Origin: Elusimicrobiales bacterium
GTDB lineage: Bacteria; Elusimicrobiota; Elusimicrobia; Elusimicrobiales; UBA9959
Direction: 5' to 3'
NCBI GenBank assembly: GCA_028713125.1
Contig: JAQTOU010000003.1
Location: forward strand, 392,703-456,702
Length of the DNA: 64,000 nucleotides
This document shows positions 55,906-64,000 of the stretch, in pieces. Position 1 is the first letter of the stretch; every line of letters begins with the position of its first letter. The position numbers were made by a program, and so were the translations under genes. The notes under the pieces are model-generated. The model did no database searches. It was not told the origin of the DNA and saw only the letters and a program-made list of their open reading frames with translations.

Positions 55906-56511
55906 CTATTCTCCGCCGAGGAGGCCGGAAAGCTTCATTATCTTGTCCCCGGCGCGGCCCAGCGCTTCGAGGGACTTCATATACTCGCTGATATGGGGCT
56001 GTACGGCGTCCTTATATTCCGGGTACTTGGTCATGATAGTTTCCAGCCTTATGAGGGCGATGGTCTCGTCATTGTCGGTATATTCGGCCACATTGGCCAG
56101 GAGCAGTTTGGCGACCGCTACGGTATCGGGCGTTTTGGGGGTAGACGCTATGGCGCCGGCGGCGACAGCGTCCAGCGCTTTAGAAGCGGCGGTGGCTTCT
56201 TTAAGGTCGCTCATAAGGCGGGGCAGGGCTTCATCTATGGAGCCGCCTTCGCTGTGCTCAAGTTTGCGGGTAATATCCCACAGCGCAAGGTCTACGCGCT
56301 CCATCTTGCCTTTTACGGCTACCATTTTATTTGAAAGGAGGCCAAGGCCGCTGAGTTTCTCGCCGCGCATGGAAACCTGCTCCGCCGCGGCAGGCGCAGG
56401 CATGGAACCTTTAAGGGACTGCAAATCTGTTTCGAAATTCCCGGCTTTACCGATCCCCGAAAAAACCGCCGCTATCACCGCCGCCGCCGCTATCGTGTTT
56501 AACATTTTCAT
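55906..56511 (-). CDS. Secreted hypothetical helical protein
   Basis: 201 aa. Signal peptide MKMLNTIAAAAVIAAVFSGIGKA. SD AGGAGA. No family recognised. Confidence 0.55.
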   Translation of the reverse strand: MKMLNTIAAAAVIAAVFSGIGKAGNFETDLQSLKGSMPAPAAAEQVSMRGEKLSGLGLLSNKMVAVKGKMERVDLALWDITRKLEHSEGGSIDEALPRLMSDLKEATAASKALDAVAAGAIASTPKTPDTVAVAKLLLANVAEYTDNDETIALIRLETIMTKYPEYKDAVQPHISEYMKSLEALGRAGDKIMKLSGLLGGE

Positions 56512-56670
56512 TCATATCTCCTATTGCTTGACCGGGTTTGCCGAAACATCTGGCCTGAAGTACCCTGTGTTAAAGTTATACCAGCAAATTCCAGCGGCCG
56601 CCAAGGCACGCGTACCCAGATGGCCCGCGTATTAGGGCCCATATTAAAATAGGTACTTCGCCTTAACATG

Positions 56671-56702
56671 AAAAAAGAGCCTCCCGATTTAACGGGAGGC
56701 TC
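56671..56702 (-). terminator. Rho-independent terminator after the SWIB gene
   Basis: Stem GAGCCTCCCG (56677-56686) / CGGGAGGCTC (56693-56702), with a T6 run on the minus strand. Confidence 0.8.
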
Positions 56703-56723
56703 TCTCTTTCAGCGGGAGGCCGC

Positions 56724-56969
56724 TTATTTTACGTGTTTGGAAATGATGCCGGCCAGTTCGAACATCGTGACCTGGTTCTTTCCGAACAGTTTCAGGAGGG
56801 TCGCGTCGGCGTTGATATTGCGCTTGTTGACCTTGTCCTGCAGGCCCTTGGCCTTAATGTAGTCCCACATCTTCTTGATGATCTCGGTCCGGGGGATGGG
56901 GGTGCTGCCTACCACCGCCGCCAGGTCCGCATCGGGCTGCACGGGCTTCATGAATTTCGGGTTTGCCAT
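56724..56969 (-). CDS. SWIB/MDM2-domain protein
   Basis: 81 aa. PDADLAAVVGSTPIPRTEIIKKMWDYIKAKGLQD...RNINADATLLKLFGKNQVTMFELAGIISKHV matches the SWIB-domain consensus. SD AAGGAGA. Confidence 0.8.
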   Translation of the reverse strand: MANPKFMKPVQPDADLAAVVGSTPIPRTEIIKKMWDYIKAKGLQDKVNKRNINADATLLKLFGKNQVTMFELAGIISKHVK

Positions 56970-57179
56970 TGTGTTTCTCCTTGCTCTGCTTCAAATTTAC
57001 CGCGTCCTGCCTCATGTTCGCCGTTTAAAGGGCTCAGCGCCTTACGGCTCTGTCACAGGCTTCAAAAGCGGGTATGCCTAGATACTAGCAAAAAATGGGC
57101 TTTGGAAAGCAAGAGGTTTATTTCCGGCTTTGTCCCGCTTTGGCGGCCGGGTCTCCTTATGAGAGCGGCTAAAAAGGGT

Positions 57180-57185
57180 TATAAT
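57180..57185 (+). promoter_or_regulatory. -10 box TATAAT placed 7 nt upstream of the ATG of the FkbM-family gene (leaderless-type layout)
   Basis: GGGTTATAATTAGCTTT-ATG. No SD. Confidence 0.35.
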
Positions 57186-57192
57186 TAGCTTT

Positions 57193-58038
57193 ATGAAGGC
57201 TATAAGGGACAGGCGGGGGCGGAGCGTCTTCCTGACCGCGTACAGCGCGGCGGGCGAGGCTGTCCACATTGGCGCCGCGGTCCTGGAAGCCGCTCTGCGC
57301 CTGAAGCGGGCCCTGGCCGGAAAGCCGGAGCTTTGCGCCGGCGCTATCAAAAAAATACTTGGGTTAGCCCCTGTTCAGCTGGAGATCCGTCTTTGGAACG
57401 GAAAAAAGATACTTTTGAATACTCCGGCCGACCTGGGCAACTTCCTCAACGATGTGGACGGGATAATCCTGCGCGACCAGTACAATGCGGGGAGCCTGGC
57501 CGGGAAGAGCGTGGTGGACGCTGGAGCTAATATCGGCCTGTTCTCCCTTTATGCCCGCGCCCTCGGGGCGAAAAAGATATACGCTTTCGAGGCCGTGGCC
57601 GAAACCTGCAGAATTTTAAGTAGCAATTTCGCGCTTAACGGCCCGCTTAAAGCCTTTAACATCGCTTTAGGCGCTGAAAACGGCAAAGCGGAGCTGAAGT
57701 TCAATACGCGGGGGGAAGGTTCCTCGATGATAGACTGCGGCGACGCGGGGGTTAACCGGGAAATAACTTATTCAGGCCGGAGGACGGTGAAAGTGGCCCC
57801 GCTGGACGGACTTGTGAAAGGCCGCGTCGATTTTATAAAGATAGACGTAGAAGGCTATGAGAAGAACGTTTTGCTCGGGGCTGAAAGGATAATAAAGAAG
57901 TATAAACCGGTCCTTTCCCTTGCGGCCTACCATAGGCCGGCCGACAAAAAAAACCTGCCCAAAGTTATACTCGGCCTCAGGGGCGATTATAAAATTGCAA
58001 TTAAGACTTTCGCCGAGCACGATTTTTACTGCGAATGA
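57193..58038 (+). CDS. FkbM-family SAM-dependent methyltransferase
   Basis: VVDAGANIGLFSLYA (SAM motif I) and FIKIDVEGYE motifs typical of Methyltransf_21/FkbM. 281 aa. Confidence 0.75.
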   Translation: MKAIRDRRGRSVFLTAYSAAGEAVHIGAAVLEAALRLKRALAGKPELCAGAIKKILGLAPVQLEIRLWNGKKILLNTPADLGNFLNDVDGIILRDQYNAGSLAGKSVVDAGANIGLFSLYARALGAKKIYAFEAVAETCRILSSNFALNGPLKAFNIALGAENGKAELKFNTRGEGSSMIDCGDAGVNREITYSGRRTVKVAPLDGLVKGRVDFIKIDVEGYEKNVLLGAERIIKKYKPVLSLAAYHRPADKKNLPKVILGLRGDYKIAIKTFAEHDFYCE

Positions 58039-60155
58039 AAAACTTGGCCCTGTTCCTGCTTCTTTTGCCAGTTCCCTCGCAGGCCGGCGAGCCGAAACCC
58101 TCTATTGAAATAACCGACCGCTACGGGGCGCCGCTGCGCGCCTATGCTGCCGGGGCTTCCAAAGCGCTTTGCGTGCCGGTTAAGCTGGACCAGGTCTCGC
58201 CCTGGCTTGTCCTGGCCACCGTGGCCGCCGAGGACAAGCGCTTTTTCCTGCACCCGGGCGTGGACTTCCGCTCCGTGGCGCGCGCCGTGCTGCAGAATTC
58301 AAAAGAGGGCCGCACCGTCTCGGGCGCTTCCACGATAACTCAGCAGCTGGCCCGCGCCCTCGAACCTCATTCCCGGACTTTCCCGGGAAAGCTCTACGAG
58401 ATGTTCTCAGCCCTGCGCCTTGAAGTGAAGCACAGCAAAGAAGAGATCCTTGAGGGCTACTTCAACGGCGTTTCCTACGGCCCCCTGCTAACAGGCGCCG
58501 AAGCGGCATCCGAGGACTATTTCGGCCTGCCGGCCAAAGACCTCAGCCTGGCGCAGGCCGCGCTTTTGGCCGGCCTCCCCAAATCGCCCGTAAATTACGA
58601 TCCCCGCCGGAACCCGAAAGCGGCTTTCGCCCGCCAGCGCCTGGTCCTGCGCCGCCTCCTGGACCTCGGCCTGGCCGACGAGGAAAGCTACCGCCTGGCC
58701 CTGGCCGAAAAAGTCTCGGTGAGGGAAAAAGAAAAACATTTCGAGGCCCCGCAGTTCTGCGACCATGTGCTGAAGCGCTCCGGCGCCGGGAAGATAAAGA
58801 CCACTTTGGACCTGCGCGCCCAGCAGGCCGCCGCCGGGGCGCTCAGGAACCGCCTGGCCGCGCTCGGCTCCAGCCACCATATCACGAACGGCGCGGCGCT
58901 TGTGATAGACAATGCCACCGGGGGCATATTAGCCTGGGCCGGCTCCAATGACTTTTTCGATTCCGTTAATGCCGGGCAGGTGGACGGCGTGACCGCTTTG
59001 CGCCAGCCCGGCTCGGCGCTTAAACCTTTCCTCTACGCCCTGGCCTTCTCAAAAGGCGCCAGGCCATCGGACTTGATAGAGGACGCCCCGCTTTACTCGG
59101 CCGGCGGCCATGCCCCGCTCAATTACGACAAGACCTATCACGGCCCGGTGCGCCTGCGGGAGGCCCTGGCCTGCTCGTATAATATTCCCGCCGTGCGGAC
59201 CGTGGTAAAGACCGGTTTAGCGGCTTTCCTGGCGAAACTAAAAGACTTCGGCTTCGAATCCCTGGATAAACCGGCGGAGCATTACGGCGAGGGACTGGCG
59301 CTGGGGAACGGCGAGGTGACGATGCTTGAGCTCGTGAACGCCTATGCCGCCCTGGCCCGCGGCGGCGTCTGGCTTCCGGCCCGTTTCGAAATGGAAAGCC
59401 CCGCCGCCCCGGCGCGCCGCGCCATAGGCCGGAGCGAGGCTTACCTTATAACTAATATCCTTTCTGACAATAGCGCCCGGGCCCCTGCTTTCGGAGTGAA
59501 TTCAGTTTTCAACCTTCCTTTCGATTTCGCCGCCAAGACCGGGACCACCAAGGATTACCGTGACAACTGGGCTGTTGGCTATACACCGGAGTGGACGGCA
59601 GGAGTCTGGGTGGGGAATTTCGACGGGACGCCAATGAGGAAGGTTTCCGGCATAACCGGCGCCGGCCCGGCCCTTAAAGAGCTGGCCCTGGAACTGGAAA
59701 AACTTTACGGTTCCACGCCTTTCAGACGGCCGCCGGGCATAAAGACGGTCAAAGTCTGTCCCGCTTCCGGCCTTCCGCCTTCTTCTTTTTGCCCGGCTTC
59801 GATGGATGAAGTTTTTTCAGCCGGCAATTTGCCCTCCGGCCAGTGCGCCGAACATATGCCCCCGGCCGCTCGCGCGCCCGTACCGGCCGCGGTAAAATTA
59901 TCCGTTAAATTCCCCGCGGAAGGCGACATTTTCCGCATAGACCCGCAAACCCCGCTCGCGGCCCAGGCCGTCTTCCTGAAAGCGGCCGGCGCGGAAGGCG
60001 AAATAACCTGGACCATGGACGGGGCGGAACTGGCCGAGAAGGGAGAAAGCGTTTCCTGGCCGCTGGTTCCCGGTTCCCACAAAGTCTTCTTTACCGCCGC
60101 GCGGAACGGGAGATCTTCAAGCTCCAAACCCGCCCGGTTTACCGTAATAAAATAA
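58035..60155 (+). CDS. pbpC: Penicillin-binding protein 1C (bifunctional GT51 transglycosylase / transpeptidase)
   Basis: GT51 motifs EDKRFFLHPGVD and GASTITQQLAR. TP motifs SALKP (SxxK), SYN and KTGTT. C-terminal beta domain. ATGA overlap with the upstream methyltransferase gene. Confidence 0.8.
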   Translation: MKNLALFLLLLPVPSQAGEPKPSIEITDRYGAPLRAYAAGASKALCVPVKLDQVSPWLVLATVAAEDKRFFLHPGVDFRSVARAVLQNSKEGRTVSGASTITQQLARALEPHSRTFPGKLYEMFSALRLEVKHSKEEILEGYFNGVSYGPLLTGAEAASEDYFGLPAKDLSLAQAALLAGLPKSPVNYDPRRNPKAAFARQRLVLRRLLDLGLADEESYRLALAEKVSVREKEKHFEAPQFCDHVLKRSGAGKIKTTLDLRAQQAAAGALRNRLAALGSSHHITNGAALVIDNATGGILAWAGSNDFFDSVNAGQVDGVTALRQPGSALKPFLYALAFSKGARPSDLIEDAPLYSAGGHAPLNYDKTYHGPVRLREALACSYNIPAVRTVVKTGLAAFLAKLKDFGFESLDKPAEHYGEGLALGNGEVTMLELVNAYAALARGGVWLPARFEMESPAAPARRAIGRSEAYLITNILSDNSARAPAFGVNSVFNLPFDFAAKTGTTKDYRDNWAVGYTPEWTAGVWVGNFDGTPMRKVSGITGAGPALKELALELEKLYGSTPFRRPPGIKTVKVCPASGLPPSSFCPASMDEVFSAGNLPSGQCAEHMPPAARAPVPAAVKLSVKFPAEGDIFRIDPQTPLAAQAVFLKAAGAEGEITWTMDGAELAEKGESVSWPLVPGSHKVFFTAARNGRSSSSKPARFTVIK

Positions 60156-60186
60156 AAACCCCCGGCTTTTGAAGGCCGGGGGCTTA
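60155..60186. terminator. Bidirectional terminator between pbpC (+) and S1 protease paralog 2 (-)
   Basis: Stem CCCCCGGC (60159-60166) / GCCGGGGG (60175-60182), with A/T runs on both sides. Confidence 0.7.
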
Positions 60187-60201
60187 TAATGCGCCTGAAC
60201 T

Positions 60202-61173
60202 TTAGTTGAGCTCGGGGGCGATCGTCTTCAGCATTTCGAAGGCGGGGGAGGCCTTTGCCACAGCCACCGTTTCTTCAGCCGCTATGCCCATCGCCGCCTT
60301 GGTGAAAGGGGAGGTGATGGACGAAAGCTTGGTCACGTCCTCTCCGCGGCAGGCGTCGGAGGCGCAGACATTGGAGACGCGGCAGCCGTTCTTGTAGACG
60401 TAATCGTTCTCGCCGCGCACAAGGATGCCTTCGATCACGCCGGTCTTGGCGTTGAAGACGGCGCTGCCGGAATTTCCGCCGTAGGTGTCCAGGTTCGCAA
60501 CTATATAGCCCTTGGGCGAAGCGTCGCGCACGGTGGCGCCGCCCGCTACCTTGGTGGGCAGGCCGGCGGGATGGCCGATAACGACCAGCTCGTCGCCGTT
60601 CTTAAGGGTGTCCTTGGTATTGTACTTCAGCGGCTCGTGGCCGGTTACTTTGCGGTCGAGGCGGACCAGGGCCCAGTCGGCGCCGGTGCCTACCTGCTCG
60701 CGGCCGATAAGCTCGGAGCAGCCGTAAACGTCATTGGCCGGAACGCTCTCGGGCAGCACGCCCTTGGCCTTAACGGCGAAGCCGAAAACGAATTTCATCG
60801 CTTTGCAGTCGTCGGCGGTCTTTACGCAATGGCCGGCGGTCATGATGATGTCAGGGGCGACCAGCGAGCCGGAGCAGAAAGCGCCGGTGGCCTGCTCGTA
60901 AAAGGGCTCTTCTTTGCAGAGGCCGTAGGACTGCGCGTAAGATTCTGTGGTAAGCTTGGCTTTGTCGCCGTTTATCGTCACGTCGTAGCCCTGGAAGAGG
61001 CCCACGGTGGAGTCGGCGAGCTTCAGCATTCTGGCGTCGGTGACCTGGTAGAGGTCCAGGCGGTTGTCGTCGCCGTAGATTACTTTGTCCTCGGCGCCGG
61101 CCGAGAAAGCGGGGAGGGAAAGGCCGGCCGCCATGAAAGCGAGGGCCGCCGCGGTGAATATCGTTTTCTTCAT
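60202..61173 (-). CDS. Secreted trypsin-fold (S1) serine endopeptidase, paralog 2
   Basis: Start at the ATG after AGGAGA (MKKTIFTAAALAFMAAGLSLPAFSAG). MTAGHCV, DWALVRLD and GGNSGSAVF motifs. Collinear with 24967-25998 over the whole catalytic domain. Confidence 0.85.
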   Translation of the reverse strand: MKKTIFTAAALAFMAAGLSLPAFSAGAEDKVIYGDDNRLDLYQVTDARMLKLADSTVGLFQGYDVTINGDKAKLTTESYAQSYGLCKEEPFYEQATGAFCSGSLVAPDIIMTAGHCVKTADDCKAMKFVFGFAVKAKGVLPESVPANDVYGCSELIGREQVGTGADWALVRLDRKVTGHEPLKYNTKDTLKNGDELVVIGHPAGLPTKVAGGATVRDASPKGYIVANLDTYGGNSGSAVFNAKTGVIEGILVRGENDYVYKNGCRVSNVCASDACRGEDVTKLSSITSPFTKAAMGIAAEETVAVAKASPAFEMLKTIAPELN

Positions 61174-61326
61174 TGATGTCTCCTGTCTGCCTTGACTGTA
61201 GTCATTGACCAGAATCAATTGAAACTAATTAGGAGGCACAAAGCAAGAAAAAAATATTCCGGGCGCCGAATGAAAAAATCCTTGCCGACGGAGAAACGGG
61301 ACGCTGATGATCAGGGATAATCTATA

Positions 61327-61357
61327 TAAAAACCCCGGCTTTTAACCGGGGTTTTTT
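61327..61357 (-). terminator. Rho-independent terminator after lexA
   Basis: Stem AACCCCGG (61331-61338) / CCGGGGTT (61346-61353), with T-runs on both strands. Confidence 0.75.
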
Positions 61358-61369
61358 CGGGCGGCGGGT

Positions 61370-62026
61370 TTAGCGTTTGATAACAGCTACGGCTTTGCCG
61401 CTGATCAGGAAGTCGTCGTCGGGGTGCAGGTAGATGGGGTCGTAATCGTAGGAAGAGTCCGCCTTCAGGATCACCTGGCCGTTCTTGCGGTCGTCGATGA
61501 AGCGTTTGATGGTGGCTTTGTTGTCGATGATGGCCAGCACTATGTCATTGTCGCGCACGTCTTTGCGGTTGCTGTCGATGATGACGTAATCGCCGTCCTC
61601 TATCTTCTTGCCGGCTATCTCCGCGCGGTTCATAGAGGTCCCGTTGGTCTTTATCCCGTAAAGGCCGGCCGGGGCTGACCTGCCCAGCAGCCGCCCCGAA
61701 ACGCGCAGGAAGCCCTGGAAATTCTCTTCGGCGAAAATAGTGGCTGGTCCGCAGCTGGCCGTCCCTACTATAGGTATAGAGAATAAAGAGGAAGCGGTTT
61801 TGAGCAGGCCATTGGCCCAGCCCGGGGTCAAAGAGGTCTTCTCCATCGAGCCCTTGTCGCGGTCGATAGTGAAGAAACCTTTCTTTTCCAGCTGCTGGAG
61901 ATGGTGCTTTATTTTCTGCGGCGATTCGTCGGGCAGGCCTATGGCTTTGGCCATTTCGCGCAGGCTGACCTGGGCAAGGTTTTGCTCTTTGGAAAGATGC
62001 AGGAGCTTTTCTTGTATAGGGTGCAT
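61370..62026 (-). CDS. lexA: LexA-type repressor (wHTH + S24 autopeptidase)
   Basis: The N-terminal wHTH SLREMAKAIGLPDESPQKIKHHLQQLEKKGFF parallels E. coli LexA. Cleavage-region IPIVGTASCGPATIF. Ser motif GTSMN and Lys motif ATIKRF. Divergent from recA. Confidence 0.75.
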   Translation of the reverse strand: MHPIQEKLLHLSKEQNLAQVSLREMAKAIGLPDESPQKIKHHLQQLEKKGFFTIDRDKGSMEKTSLTPGWANGLLKTASSLFSIPIVGTASCGPATIFAEENFQGFLRVSGRLLGRSAPAGLYGIKTNGTSMNRAEIAGKKIEDGDYVIIDSNRKDVRDNDIVLAIIDNKATIKRFIDDRKNGQVILKADSSYDYDPIYLHPDDDFLISGKAVAVIKR

Positions 62027-62032
62027 ATACAG

Positions 62033-62061
62033 ATTATAACATACAAAATCGGTAAAGGCAA
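62033..62061 (-). promoter_or_regulatory. Putative lexA promoter, leaderless layout
   Basis: On the minus strand: TTGCCT (62056-62061), 17-nt spacer, TATAAT (62033-62038), 6 nt (CTGTAT), then the ATG at 62026. No SD. Confidence 0.45.
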
Positions 62062-62075
62062 TATCTCCTTAATAC

Positions 62076-62104
62076 TTGACAGATGGGCCGGGATGGTGTA
62101 TACT
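62076..62104 (+). promoter_or_regulatory. Putative recA promoter
   Basis: Consensus TTGACA (62076-62081), 17-nt spacer, TATACT (62099-62104). A ~125-nt leader contains hairpin CCCGAC-N8-GTCGGG (62163-62182). SD GGAGG lies before the ATG. Confidence 0.55.
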
Positions 62105-62122
62105 TATCAGGCAGCGGATAAG
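62103..62122. promoter_or_regulatory. Candidate operator palindrome overlapping and following the recA -10
   Basis: CTTATC (62103-62108), N8, GATAAG (62117-62122). It does not match any LexA-box consensus I know, so it is speculative. Confidence 0.25.
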
Positions 62123-62235
62123 GGTCTTGTTCTTTTTAAAACGCGGATTTTAGGGAAAACAACCCGACACGCCCTTGTCGGGTTGGTGATGTAGACTATG
62201 AGGGTAAGGATTTAAATTAACGGAGGTTTTATTAT

Positions 62236-63348
62236 ATGGCAAACGACGAAAAGAACAAAGCGCTCGAAGCGGCGCTCGCGCAGATAGAGAAGAGCTACGG
62301 CAAGGAAGCCATCATGAAGATGGGCGACCGCTCGGCCCGGATGAAGATAGAGACCATCCCCACCGGCGCGCTCTCGCTTGACCTCGCCCTCGGCGTAGGC
62401 GGCCTGCCCCGCGGCCGCGTCATCGAAATTTACGGGCCCGAATCCTCCGGCAAGACCACGCTTACTCTGCACGTGATAGCGGAAGCGCAGAAGCGCGGCG
62501 GCATGGCGGCCTTCATAGACGCCGAGCACGCTCTGGACCCAGTATACGCGCAGAAGCTGGGCGTTGACGTGGACAATTTGCTTATCTCCCAGCCGGACAA
62601 CGGCGAGCAGGCCCTCGAGATCACCGAGAAGCTGGTTCGCTCAGGCGCCGTGGACATCATCGTGATAGACTCCGTCGCCGCTCTCGTCCCGCGGGCCGAG
62701 ATCGAAGGCGAGATGGGCGATATGCACGTCGGCCTGCAGGCCAGACTTATGAGCCAGGCGCTCAGGAAGCTCACTTCCATCATCGCTTCCTCCAAGACCT
62801 CCGTAATGTTCATCAACCAGCTCCGCCACAAGATCGGCGTGATGTTCGGCAACCCGGAGACCACTCCCGGCGGCCTGGCGCTTAAATTCTACTCTTCCGT
62901 CCGCCTGGACATAAGGAAGATAGAGACTATCAAGCACGCCGACGTGGTGACCGGCGCGCGCATCCGCGTGAAGGTCGTGAAGAATAAAGTCGCGCCCCCT
63001 TACCGCCAGGCCGAGTTCGAGATGGTCAACGGCGAAGGCATCTCCACCGAGGGCTGCCTGCTGGATATGGGCGTGGAAACGGGCCTGCTTGAGAAATCAG
63101 GGACCTGGTATATTTACAATGGCGACCGGATGGGCCAGGGCCGAGATAATGCCAAGGCCTACCTTAAAGCCAATAAGGATAAAGCCGCCGCTATCGAGAC
63201 CGAACTGCGCAGCCGCTTCCTGCTGCCCGGGCTGAAGCCCACCGCAGCGTCCGAGAAGGCCGCGGCCGAGAAGGTAATTGAAAAGGCTTTGGAGAAAGCC
63301 GCCGACAAGGCTTACGCCGAGAAGAAAGAAAAAGCCGGCAAGAAATAA
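62236..63348 (+). CDS. recA: Recombinase RecA
   Basis: [23 protein letters not shown], Walker [19 protein letters not shown] and the L2 region. The C-terminal tail is Lys/Ala-rich and ~20 aa longer than in E. coli RecA. Confidence 0.98.
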   Translation: MANDEKNKALEAALAQIEKSYGKEAIMKMGDRSARMKIETIPTGALSLDLALGVGGLPRGRVIEIYGPESSGKTTLTLHVIAEAQKRGGMAAFIDAEHALDPVYAQKLGVDVDNLLISQPDNGEQALEITEKLVRSGAVDIIVIDSVAALVPRAEIEGEMGDMHVGLQARLMSQALRKLTSIIASSKTSVMFINQLRHKIGVMFGNPETTPGGLALKFYSSVRLDIRKIETIKHADVVTGARIRVKVVKNKVAPPYRQAEFEMVNGEGISTEGCLLDMGVETGLLEKSGTWYIYNGDRMGQGRDNAKAYLKANKDKAAAIETELRSRFLLPGLKPTAASEKAAAEKVIEKALEKAADKAYAEKKEKAGKK

Positions 63349-63362
63349 ACGCGGCAGCGAGA

Positions 63363-63407
63363 AGGCGCAACAAGCAAAAAGTCCTCTGTTTTGCTGTTGC
63401 GCCTTTT
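63363..63407 (+). terminator. Rho-independent terminator after recA
   Basis: Long stem AGGCGCAACA(A)GCAAAA / TTTTGCTGTTGCGCCT, followed by TTTT. Confidence 0.8.
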
Positions 63408-63450
63408 TGCGTCTTTTCGGCTGAACCCCGAAGTGGTATGATATGGACAA

Positions 63451-64000
63451 ATGCGTCCTTTAGCGGCAGACTTTTCGCGGCATCTCGGCATGGAGCGGGG
63501 CCTGGCAAAGAACACCTGCCTGGCCTACGCCGGCGATACCGAAGCTTTCCTGGTCTATTGCGAGGCCAGGAAGACCGACCCGGCAAAGGCCGAGGCGCCT
63601 TTCCTGGAAGCTTATTTGTGGTCTTTAAAAAAAGAGAAAGGGCTTGGGGCCGCCTCGATCTACCGCAAGACGGAAGCCCTGAGGGCTTTTTACCGCTATC
63701 TGCGCCTTGAGGGGAAGGCCGACAAAGATCCCACCTCTAATTTCCGCGCCCCGAAGCTGCCGCGCAAGATCCCGCGCTTCCTGGACAAGCGCGATATGGA
63801 GAAGCTGCTTGGCTATCCGGCCGGCGACGCTTTCGCCAAGGTGCGGGCCGCGGCCGCGATAGAGCTTCTTTACGCCTCCGGTATAAGGGTCACGGAACTG
63901 CTGGGCCTGCGGCTCGAGTCCGTGAATTTTCAGCAGGGCTGGCTGCGGGTTTTCGGCAAGGGCTCCAAGGAGCGCATGGTCCCGGTGAACGCGGCGGCGC
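63451..64000 (+). CDS. xerD: Tyrosine recombinase XerC/XerD family, N-terminal part (runs off the window)
   Basis: It runs off the window without a stop, so it is absent from the ORF track. Translation MRPLAADFSRHLGMERGLAKNTCLAYAGDTEAFLVYC...SIYRKTEALRAFYRYL...PRFLDKRDMEKLL...ELLYASGIRVTELLGLRL...VFGKGSKERMVPV. The SAM-like N-domain and the start of the catalytic domain (Arg in GIRVTEL) are present. XerC versus XerD is not resolvable here. Confidence 0.75.
   Translation, partial: MRPLAADFSRHLGMERGLAKNTCLAYAGDTEAFLVYCEARKTDPAKAEAPFLEAYLWSLKKEKGLGAASIYRKTEALRAFYRYLRLEGKADKDPTSNFRAPKLPRKIPRFLDKRDMEKLLGYPAGDAFAKVRAAAAIELLYASGIRVTELLGLRLESVNFQQGWLRVFGKGSKERMVPVNAAA

Noticed and set aside
29941-60155. 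A2M plus PBP1C as a novel periplasmic defence pair.
   Set aside because: The A2M-PBP1C association is already described in the literature. Here the two genes are not even adjacent. Only their atypical neighbours are reported as findings.
63451-64000. The tyrosine recombinase at the window edge as a marker of a mobile element or island.
   Set aside because: Its N-terminal SAM-like domain and motif pattern are those of chromosomal XerC/XerD dimer-resolution recombinases. It follows recA with a normal terminator, and no att-like repeats or cargo genes are visible. The downstream context lies outside the window.

Overview
GC-rich (about 60% by eye, not computed), densely coding bacterial chromosomal segment with about 50 CDS on both strands. 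All calls rest on reading the ORF translations and the DNA; no database search was run. I cannot assign a taxon. Most genes are housekeeping or envelope functions: FKBP (partial), YceH/DUF480, an ALT-type aminotransferase, MntH, monomeric isocitrate dehydrogenase, ClpC, U32 peptidase, GH13 alpha-amylase, GlgB, acetyl-CoA synthetase, Pcm, TcdA, RsmH, LexA and RecA (divergent), XerC/D (partial), PBP1C, and a 1907-aa thioester-type alpha-2-macroglobulin. There are also many secreted or membrane proteins of unknown function: a HEAT-repeat protein, a signal-peptide WD40 propeller, two paralogous S1 proteases, a C11 peptidase, an HExxH lipoprotein, a ChaN-like protein and an NfeD protease. I saw no rRNA, tRNA, CRISPR array, transposase, integrase cassette, phage genes or recognisable defence operon. 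The clearest signal not explained by genes is a three-copy family of 122-nt intergenic palindromic elements (15641-15762, 24698-24819, 27366-27487). They have 14-nt terminal inverted repeats, a predicted Y-shaped fold, two compensatory base-pair swaps and a strand-asymmetric G-U pattern. At one locus the element sits beside a second 119-nt hairpin element and shared flanking motifs. Secondary candidates are: an eRF1-like (baeRF/Host_attach-type) protein; an alpha-2-macroglobulin-led five-gene operon of unknown secreted proteins; a TfoX_N-TM-thioredoxin-fold fusion lacking CxxC next to an ECF sigma/DUF4097 module; a LexA with a Cys-Gly cleavage site; and a recurrent TAnAAT-N6-ATG (leaderless-type) promoter layout. 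I found no convincing multi-gene novel system, and the interest scores reflect that.
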